Assembly (NCBI GenBank): GCA_014896305.1
Contig: JADBKQ010000006.1
Location: forward strand, 78,850-142,849
DNA from: Limnochordaceae bacterium
GTDB lineage: Bacteria > Bacillota > Limnochordia > Limnochordales > DUMU01
DNA: 64,000 bases
Direction of reading: 5' to 3'
A program made the position numbers and the translations under genes. Each line of letters starts with the position of its first letter. The stretch's first letter is position 1. Positions 57,343-64,000 of the stretch are shown here, one piece after another. A model generated the notes under the pieces. That model did no database searches. It saw only the letters and a list, made by a program, of their open reading frames with translations, and was not told the origin of the DNA.

Positions 57343-58350
57343 ATGGCGGGGATCCGTGAAGTAGCAGAAGCAGCCGGAGTCGCAGTCAGCACGGTGTCGA
57401 AGGTGCTCAACAGACCAGAGTTTGGCAGCCCGGAGACCCGTCAGCGGGTGATCGAGGCGGCCCGACGCCTCAACTATCGGCCGCATGCGATTGCCCGCAG
57501 CCTGGTCAGCCGGCATACGGAAAGCTTGGGGCTGGTCATCCCTGATCTGATGAACCCCGTCTTCCCAACCGTGGCCCGTGCGGTAGAGCGGGCAGCCCGG
57601 GAGGAAGGGTACAGCCTGGTGTTGGGAGCGACGGATCGCACTCCAGCTGTGGAACGTCAGTATCAACAGCTGTTTTTGGAAAACAAAGCGGATGGAGTCA
57701 TCTTCTTTGCGGCTCTGGAAGCAGGGAACGTCCGTGCCCTGCGAGAACAGGGCGTGCCGATCGTGGTGATCGAGCGTCCTTCGAGCCTGGCCGAGGTAGA
57801 TTATGTGGGCGTGGACAATCGCTTGGGCGGCTATCTGGCCACTCGTCATCTCCTGGAGCAGGGATGCCGCCGTGTGGGCCTGATCGTCGGCCCGCTGCCG
57901 GGTGAAGTGGAAGAACAGCGCTTGGCCGGTTACCGCCAGGCGTTGGCCGAGGCAGGCATCGAGTTTCGCGACCAACACGTCGTGACCGCCGACTACACCG
58001 TTGAGGCTGGCCGGGAGGCAACGGCGCGCTTGCTCGACCAGTGGCCCGGCCCGGGCCCGCGGCCGGATGGCCTTTTCGTGGGCTGTGACATCCTGGCCAT
58101 CGGAGCGTTGCGGGAGCTGGCGGCGCGGGGGATCGATGTTCCTGGGCAGATGATGGTAATCGGGTTTGACGACACACTGTCGCAGTTCACGACGCCGGCC
58201 TTGAGCACGGTGGCCCAGCCTTTCGAGGAGCTGGGGCGGCAAGCGGTCCGGCTGCTGCTCGACCGTATCCGCCACCCGGAGCACCGCTGTGGCGAACACA
58301 TGAACTTTGAACCCCGGTTGGTCATACGGGAATCTACGCAGCGGCGGTAA
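57343..58350 (+). CDS. LacI-family transcriptional regulator
   Basis: HTH: IREVAEAAGVAVSTVSKVLN. Periplasmic-binding-protein-like core. Confidence 0.88.
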   Translation: MAGIREVAEAAGVAVSTVSKVLNRPEFGSPETRQRVIEAARRLNYRPHAIARSLVSRHTESLGLVIPDLMNPVFPTVARAVERAAREEGYSLVLGATDRTPAVERQYQQLFLENKADGVIFFAALEAGNVRALREQGVPIVVIERPSSLAEVDYVGVDNRLGGYLATRHLLEQGCRRVGLIVGPLPGEVEEQRLAGYRQALAEAGIEFRDQHVVTADYTVEAGREATARLLDQWPGPGPRPDGLFVGCDILAIGALRELAARGIDVPGQMMVIGFDDTLSQFTTPALSTVAQPFEELGRQAVRLLLDRIRHPEHRCGEHMNFEPRLVIRESTQRR

Positions 58351-58372
58351 GACACGAAGGGGGGCGGATCCG

Positions 58373-59437
58373 TTGAAACTGAAGGAAGTAGCCAAGCAGC
58401 TGGGACTGGCACCGTCCACTGTCTCCCGGGCGCTCAACCATCCCGAAATGGTCTCCGCCGAGACAAGGGTCCGGGTCGAGGAGGCCGTCAGACGAGTTCG
58501 GTACCAGCCGGACCGGATTGCCCGCAGCCTGAGGGTGCGGCAGACCTCCACCATTGGTCTGGTCGTCTCCGACATTCTTAACCCCTTCCATGCGGCCCTG
58601 GCCTCGGCCATTGAAGAAGCGGCGCAACAGCACGGGTTCACCGTGATTTTGGGGAACAGTAACGAAGACATCCAGCGGGAGCAAGCCTACCTGGAGGTGC
58701 TGGTGGCCAGTCGGGTGCGGGGCGTGATCCTCGTGCCCAGCGGGGTCAACACCAAAGGAGTGCAATGGGTTGTCGGCCAGGGAGTGCCTCTGGTCCAGGT
58801 CGATCGACTGACTCCCGGGGTCAAGACCGATGCCGTCCTGTTGGACAACCAACGAGGGGCGGCGCTCGCCGTCGAGCACCTGGTCGGCCTGGGCCATCGC
58901 CGGATCGCCATGATTGCCGGCCCGCCGCACCTCACCACGGGTGAACAGCGCCTGCAAGGCTACTGGGCCGCCCTGGAGCGGGCGCAGATCCGCCCGGATG
59001 AACGGTGGGTGTTTCCGGGCAACTTCCGGGAATCCGGTGGTTACAACGGCGCCCGTAGTCTGTTGTCGCTACCGCCCGACGTTCGCCCCACCGCCCTGAT
59101 TACTGCCAACAACGAGATGGCTGCCGGCGCGGTGAAGGCCTTGGGGGAACTGGGTCTCGCACTGGGACGCGACGTCTCGCTAGTAACGTTTGATGACGCC
59201 CGCTGGGCCCAATACATCTTGCCCCCCCTCACGGTCGTGGCTCAGCCGGTCGAAGAGATCGGCCAGACCGCCGTGGATGTGCTCTTTCGTCATTTTGCCG
59301 GAGGCAGCGGACTTCCGGCCCGCCCCACAGTCTATACGTTGCAGCCATACCTGGTGGCCCGTGCGTCCACACGCCCGCCAGCGGTAGGTGCAAGCAAGGA
59401 GGAGGTGGAAGCCCGGTTGCCGAACCTGGAGTCGTAA
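58373..59437 (+). CDS. LacI-family transcriptional regulator (tandem paralogue)
   Basis: TTG start after gaagggggg. HTH: LKEVAKQLGLAPSTVSRALN. Confidence 0.86.
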   Translation: MKLKEVAKQLGLAPSTVSRALNHPEMVSAETRVRVEEAVRRVRYQPDRIARSLRVRQTSTIGLVVSDILNPFHAALASAIEEAAQQHGFTVILGNSNEDIQREQAYLEVLVASRVRGVILVPSGVNTKGVQWVVGQGVPLVQVDRLTPGVKTDAVLLDNQRGAALAVEHLVGLGHRRIAMIAGPPHLTTGEQRLQGYWAALERAQIRPDERWVFPGNFRESGGYNGARSLLSLPPDVRPTALITANNEMAAGAVKALGELGLALGRDVSLVTFDDARWAQYILPPLTVVAQPVEEIGQTAVDVLFRHFAGGSGLPARPTVYTLQPYLVARASTRPPAVGASKEEVEARLPNLES

Positions 59438-59561
59438 ATGGCGTGACCCAGGACGGAGTCGTAAAGGGCGTAGCCGAAGACCGAGTCGCAAACTGCGTGA
59501 CCAACGACTAGAATGGGTTACGGCAATCGATTGCTACCATGTTGCAAGGAGGATATCTCGC

Positions 59562-60644
59562 ATGAGCACAGTGCCGGGGTTCGCTGGAGAGCAGGGCGGA
59601 ATTCCGCTTTGGGGAGGAATTGGCTCGCTGCCGTTTCTGGGCGATTTTGAGACTCGTTCGATCAGTGCGGAGAACCCGGATGGCAGCAAGGCAGGCGGCG
59701 CACGGGCCGTGCCTGAGGGGGGACCCGCTCGAGAACTGGGAAAAGGATGGAAGGTACGGCCTGCCATTTCGTTGCCGGCCGGCTCGACCACCACTCTGGC
59801 CGAGATCACGGGTCCGGGCATGATCCGTCACATTTGGCTCACCGTTTCGCCCATCGCCTATCGTGACTGCGTGCTCCGTTTTTACTGGGACGGCGAGGAA
59901 ACCCCGTCGGTCGAAGTGCCGCTGGGGGACTTTTTTGCCAATGGCCATGGCTTGCGCTACAACGTCAACTCCTTGATGGTGGCGGTCAACCCCAGTGGCG
60001 GCTTCAACTGCTACTGGCCCATGCCTTTCTACCGCTCGGCCCGGATTACCCTCGAGAACCAACGGGATGAAGACATCCACGGTTTCTACTACCAGATCTC
60101 TTACCTCCTCGGCCAATTGCCGGCAAACCTGGCCACCTTCCACGCCCAGTGGCGGATCAGCCAGACCCGCCGGGAGCACCCGGAACACACCATCCTGGAC
60201 GGTGTGCGGGGCGACGGGCAGTATGTGGGTACGCACCTGGCCTGGGTGCAGATGTCGGACGGCTGGTGGGGCGAGGGCGAGATCAAGTTCTACATCGACG
60301 GAGACAGCGAGTATCCCACCATCTGCGGCACCGGCACCGAAGACTACTTCGGCGGAGCGTGGAACTTCGGCGACACGCCGTTCACCTCGATCTATAGTGG
60401 TTACCCGCTCTATCAGCGGGAAGACGTGCGGGTGCCCAAGCACGGGATGTACCGTTGGCACGTGCTCGACCCGATCCGCTTCCGCCATGACCTGCGGGTG
60501 ACTATTCAGGCGCTGGGCTGGTGGCCGGGCGGCAAGTTCCAGCCGCTTACTGATGAGATTGCGTCCATCGGCTACTGGTATCAGCGTGAACCGCACGCCC
60601 CCTTCCCACCACTGCCCGGGCGCAACGCCCGCCTGCCCCGGTAG
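59562..60644 (+). CDS. DUF2961 / glycoside hydrolase family 172-like protein
   Basis: AGGAGG RBS precedes the ATG at 59562. Motifs: SISAENPDG, GPGMIRHIWLT, LRFYWDGEETPSVEVPLGDFF, YWPMPF, WWGEGEIKFYIDGD, GTGTEDYFGGAW. Confidence 0.8.
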   Translation: MSTVPGFAGEQGGIPLWGGIGSLPFLGDFETRSISAENPDGSKAGGARAVPEGGPARELGKGWKVRPAISLPAGSTTTLAEITGPGMIRHIWLTVSPIAYRDCVLRFYWDGEETPSVEVPLGDFFANGHGLRYNVNSLMVAVNPSGGFNCYWPMPFYRSARITLENQRDEDIHGFYYQISYLLGQLPANLATFHAQWRISQTRREHPEHTILDGVRGDGQYVGTHLAWVQMSDGWWGEGEIKFYIDGDSEYPTICGTGTEDYFGGAWNFGDTPFTSIYSGYPLYQREDVRVPKHGMYRWHVLDPIRFRHDLRVTIQALGWWPGGKFQPLTDEIASIGYWYQREPHAPFPPLPGRNARLPR

Positions 60645-60681
60645 CCCGCCTGGTCGGCACGACGGCGAGCAGACCCTCGGT

Positions 60682-60730
60682 GGCTTCGTCAGGTGGCCCC
60701 ATTCGGTCGCCTGACGAAGCCTGTTCTTTG
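60682..60730 (+). terminator. Rho-independent terminator candidate
   Basis: A 12-bp stem, GGCTTCGTCAGG (60682-60693) pairing with CCTGACGAAGCC (60710-60721), is followed by tgttctttg. It lies between convergent genes. Confidence 0.6.
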
Positions 60731-60846
60731 CCGGCGCTAAGCTGGGGAGGGGTTCACGCGCACATTTCGGCCTGGCACATGGAGGTAAAAGGTGCCTACT
60801 ATTTTGCGCCCCCGGGTCGAGGAGACACCTCGATGCTGCGCGCCTC

Positions 60847-63576
60847 CTAGCTTGTGGGGCTTAGGGAGATCTCAAGCAGGGCAGCCCCGCGGCATGAGGG
60901 AAGGGTGAACTGGTAGCGGTGCGGCCCCACCCGCTCCCAGGAAGCCAGCGAGCGGGCGGGCGACGCGTCGGCTGACCACCAGGCAGCCTGCGGCGGGGCA
61001 GGGAGCTGCAGCGTAATGCTGCCACGGGGCAGGGGGGGGACGCCTCGCCACGGCCGCCGTGCAAAGGCGAAGTCGCCGTCCATAACGTAGGCCCGGACCA
61101 TGGCCAAGGCGGCATCCGGTATCTGTTCGCTCTGCGCATCGGCCGGCACCCTGGCCAGCGTCAGACCTGCTGGCTCTGCCGGGCGCGCTGACTCGGCCAA
61201 CCTTGCCGCATCTGTTGACGCCGCCGGCCCTGCCGCACCTGCATGCTGCTCTGCGCCCTGGGCCGCCTGGACGGGGACGAGCTGGCTGACCCGGCACAGC
61301 AGCGGCCGCTCGGCATCGACGGCTAGCGGGGCGGGCTGCTGGGCCGCCCACTCGGCAGCCGAGCGCAGCAGCTGTTCTAGCGCCACGTCCGGAAATTGGC
61401 GGTAGAGCGCGCCGAGGGGGAACGGGAAGCAGACGGTGCGCCCCTTACCTTTCTGATGCGCCAGTATAGCGGGGGAACGGGTTTGCGCCATGCCGCCCCA
61501 GGCACTTTCCTGAGATAGCAGCCAGCCCCAGGTCTGGGCCCGGTCGGGTTCCAGGGCGAACCAGCGGGGGTAGGCAGGCAGCAGGTCAGCGCCATGGGAG
61601 GCCGCACTGGACAGCATTTGAACATAGGCAGCTTCCGCTTGCCGGGGCCCGGTCGCCCGGGCCACACCCAGAAGCTCCTGGAGCACCGGCGCGGCCTGCG
61701 CCTGGCGATCCGCCAGGACCCCCGGGTAGGTGGCGATGACGCCGCCACCCTGTTCCACGAAGTCGGTCAGCCATTCCGCGAGGGGCAAGGGCAGGTGGTT
61801 CAACCCGGGAAGGACAATGACCCTGAATGCCTGTAACGCTTTCAATTGGGCCGGGTCATGGGCCGCTTGTTCCAGGCTGATCACCTGGAAGGGTAGATTG
61901 GCTCGACTGAGCGCGTCGTACAACCCATGAAAACAGGCTGCGTGGCTGGGCATGGCGTTCCGGCCGTGTTCGGTGTACCAGTCCTGCTCAGAGTAGACAA
62001 GGGCGAGGTAATCCCAAAGCGGGCGGCGGGTGGGCTGCAACAAGTATCTCTGACTGGCAACCTCCACCGGCTCTTCGGGGGCAAACCGACCCAGGTCCAG
62101 ACAGGCGACCGTCTGTCCGGCCGCGGCCAGTCCGGCCACCGCCTGTTGCAGGCAGGAGGCGGGCACAGGGTAGTGCGTCCAGGGCGCATACGAAGCGGAC
62201 AATGAGGCGGCAAACGCGCCGGGCGAAGTTAGGGCTGCCCCCCGGTCCCAGCGGTTGAACGTCTCCAATAAAGGAGCCGAACTGCGTTCTTTCGGCTCAC
62301 CGGCACAGATGACGGCGTCGCTCACGGTTGCCAGTTGAGATAGCTCCAGGCCGTACGCCTGGGGCTTTTCTGCGAGGGCCTGGTCGCTCATGACCAGAAG
62401 TTGGCGGTCGGCGGCCCCGGCGTGCACCAGCCGGGCCAAGCTGGCCACCAGGCCACTCACCGACTCTACCTTCCAGTCCAGCCAGCGGGCGGAGGTGGGG
62501 TAGTCGGTGCGCCCGTTGCCAGCTGGAGGTTGCACCCCGCGACGGGCACGAAAGCCTTCCTGGCAGGTTTCGCAATAGCAGCCGTCCGGGTCGTACTCCG
62601 GGTTCAGCAGGACAAGCCCTTGTAAGGAGTACGTTTCCAGTAGCTCCTTGGCCACCGACCGGATCCATTCCTGCCAGCCGGTCCGGTAGCAGCCGCGGTA
62701 GAACGGGCCATAGGCCACACTTGCCTCGCCGGAAGGATGGCGCTGCAGCCAGCGGGGGTGTTCGGCGGCTAGAACAGGAGGAAGGGCTCGGCACTCGATG
62801 GCTGCCAGGATGGAGACAGCCTGTTGCTCGGCGGCCGCACAAAACGCTCCTAGAAGGTCCTGCCCGTGACAATGAGGCGCAAGCGGAGCTTGGCGGGTAG
62901 GGTAGTACGCCCCCCAGGGGTTGACCGCGTCTACCACGAGCGTGGTGTACCCGGCGGCGGCCAGCTTGCGGACGAGTTCGGCAGGGGCGAGCCTCTCCGG
63001 GTCGAGCTCGGTCAGGCTGACGAAGTACAGGCGTGAACCTGGGACCAGACGCCGCAGATCCGTCGCAGGCAAGAGCGCTGGCTGGGTGGCAACGTCGGGT
63101 CGCCCGGGTGTCGGCGGGGTGAGTTCAGGGGAAGGCAGTAGTTCAGAAAGAATCACGGCATCGACATGACCATTCTCTGAACGGCGGGCGATGGCGATGG
63201 CCCGGTCCAGGTGGTCGATGCTGGGAGCAACCACCCGACAGACATACTCGGCACTGCCCAGCGTGCGGTAGACCTCGGTGACTTGCACCCCGCTCTCTTG
63301 AAGTTCATGCACCACCCGTTCCAGGTCGACGGCGAGAGGGGTTGTGAGGGTGACCAGGGCTTCCACGCCGGCGACGGAGAAGCGCGGGTCGACCACGAGG
63401 CGATAGCCCTGAACGACCCCGGCTTCGGTTAAACGTTTGATCCGATTGGAGACCGTGCTCATGGCGACGCCCAACTGCAGGGCGATGTCTGCCAGCGGCA
63501 TGCGGCCGTTTTGTCGAAGGAGTTTCAGAATTTGTCCATCCAATTGGTCCCACTGCGGGGTTGCCGGGTTGTGCAT
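60847..63576 (-). CDS. Lrp/AsnC-family regulator (HTH plus RAM domain) fused to a roughly 750-aa glycoside-hydrolase-like region (GHL6/GH42M-like by eye)
   Basis: The N-terminal 150 aa, LDGQILKLLRQNGRMPLADIALQLGVAMSTVSNRIKRLTEAGVV..., plus an alpha-beta sandwich make a full Lrp/AsnC. The rest has TIM-barrel-like GH features (TTLVVDAVNPWGAYYPT, GCYCETCQEGF) and a GATase1-like module (FRVIVLPGLNHL..GGGVIATYP). Confidence 0.8.
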   Translation of the reverse strand: MHNPATPQWDQLDGQILKLLRQNGRMPLADIALQLGVAMSTVSNRIKRLTEAGVVQGYRLVVDPRFSVAGVEALVTLTTPLAVDLERVVHELQESGVQVTEVYRTLGSAEYVCRVVAPSIDHLDRAIAIARRSENGHVDAVILSELLPSPELTPPTPGRPDVATQPALLPATDLRRLVPGSRLYFVSLTELDPERLAPAELVRKLAAAGYTTLVVDAVNPWGAYYPTRQAPLAPHCHGQDLLGAFCAAAEQQAVSILAAIECRALPPVLAAEHPRWLQRHPSGEASVAYGPFYRGCYRTGWQEWIRSVAKELLETYSLQGLVLLNPEYDPDGCYCETCQEGFRARRGVQPPAGNGRTDYPTSARWLDWKVESVSGLVASLARLVHAGAADRQLLVMSDQALAEKPQAYGLELSQLATVSDAVICAGEPKERSSAPLLETFNRWDRGAALTSPGAFAASLSASYAPWTHYPVPASCLQQAVAGLAAAGQTVACLDLGRFAPEEPVEVASQRYLLQPTRRPLWDYLALVYSEQDWYTEHGRNAMPSHAACFHGLYDALSRANLPFQVISLEQAAHDPAQLKALQAFRVIVLPGLNHLPLPLAEWLTDFVEQGGGVIATYPGVLADRQAQAAPVLQELLGVARATGPRQAEAAYVQMLSSAASHGADLLPAYPRWFALEPDRAQTWGWLLSQESAWGGMAQTRSPAILAHQKGKGRTVCFPFPLGALYRQFPDVALEQLLRSAAEWAAQQPAPLAVDAERPLLCRVSQLVPVQAAQGAEQHAGAAGPAASTDAARLAESARPAEPAGLTLARVPADAQSEQIPDAALAMVRAYVMDGDFAFARRPWRGVPPLPRGSITLQLPAPPQAAWWSADASPARSLASWERVGPHRYQFTLPSCRGAALLEISLSPTS

Positions 63577-64000
63577 GAAATAATTTCACCTCATCCTCAC
63601 TCTACCTTCCTTGTTGCTGACTGGCAAGAGCATACCGTTGTAGTCGCAGTTGTGCTGGTGACAGGGGGAAGCCGTTTGGACCGTCAGAAGTGCACAGGCC
63701 CATGGGTCGGCGTGTGGATGGAGATCCTCTTGGTCGAAAGCCAAAGTAACCGAAGAAATTCTACCAAACTGCAGGAGTGTGACAGCCTTTGGAGAAGGTA
63801 GTGAACGCAGTGCAATAGCTCCTGGGACGGTTAAATAAGTGAGCGTGGCATGCAGCTTGGCTCGGGGGAACGCGACCTGCACGTTTTTCACGAAGAAAGC
63901 GTTTCTTAACAGGGGGGGTGGGATGGTCATCCGGCTTTGAGTAGGCTCGCCCTGAAAACGACCTTGGCGGATCCGAAGCGAGGGTTCACTCCAGGAGCCA

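Noticed and set aside
57223-58671. A long antisense ORF (482 aa) opposite the two LacI genes. Similar long ORFs lie at 1348-2622(-), 4756-5739(-), 10684-11619(-), 13120-13998(-), 21766-22455(-), 38079-38861(-) and 59508-60596(-).
   Set aside because: Their translations are Arg/Pro/Gly-rich nonsense with no recognisable motifs. They lie antisense or out of frame to genes with strong homology signatures. This is typical of stop-codon-poor high-GC DNA.
63586-63930. A 114-aa minus-strand ORF immediately upstream of the Lrp-fusion gene, in a lower-GC region.
   Set aside because: It has no recognisable motif, no clear RBS and an odd composition. The region more likely holds the promoter or operator of the Lrp-fusion gene. 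Left unannotated.
63600-64000. A possible third copy of the non-coding element, based on a shared gccaaag...gaaat...tgcag string near 63740.
   Set aside because: The similarity is limited to a few short words. None of the eight colinear blocks shared by copies A and B is present.

Overview
GC-rich bacterial chromosomal window that is mostly housekeeping. T-box control, HisZ and CheC/CheD suggest a high-GC Firmicutes-like lineage, but that is inference only.

Gene order:
- Sugar ABC operon (SBP, an embedded secreted PHP-domain protein, two permeases), 1-5.2 kb.
- Complete his operon hisZ-hisG-hisD-hisB-(hisH-hisA fusion)-hisF-hisIE, 5.5-13.0 kb.
- nagB-like deaminase, glpQ-like phosphodiesterase, an orphan SBP, and a HelY/Ski2-like helicase.
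- A small lower-GC gene for a wHTH plus Vsr/DUF559-like protein.
- A roughly 0.5 kb conserved non-coding element (copy A).
- A long T-box leader in front of an aroF-type DAHP synthase.
- glcF/glcD, a PC4-like ssDNA-binding protein, and pepT.
- A minus-strand chemotaxis operon cheW-cheA-cheC-cheD-cheB-cheR, preceded by copy B of the same non-coding element.
- An alpha/beta hydrolase, a heterodimeric ABC exporter pair, another SBP, an FGGY kinase, and GH130.
- A DUF1614-like membrane protein, argG-argH, dtd, a frameshifted MFS gene, an AAC(3)-like acetyltransferase, and a second hydrolase.
- vapBC, two tandem LacI regulators, a GH172/DUF2961 protein, and a 909-aa Lrp/AsnC regulator fused to a glycoside-hydrolase-like region.

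I recognised no rRNA, tRNA, cas, transposase or integrase genes.

Most notable observations:
- The two-copy structured non-coding element, which carries a sigma54-like -24/-12 palindrome.
- The hisH-hisA fusion.
- The over-long T-box leader with a Phe-type specifier.
- The Lrp-GH-like fusion.
- REP-like repeat clusters.
- Low-complexity insertions in many conserved enzymes.

Many long ORFs in the supplied track are antisense or out-of-frame artefacts of high GC and are not reported. Start codons are often uncertain. Where given, they were chosen from RBS context and homologue N-termini.
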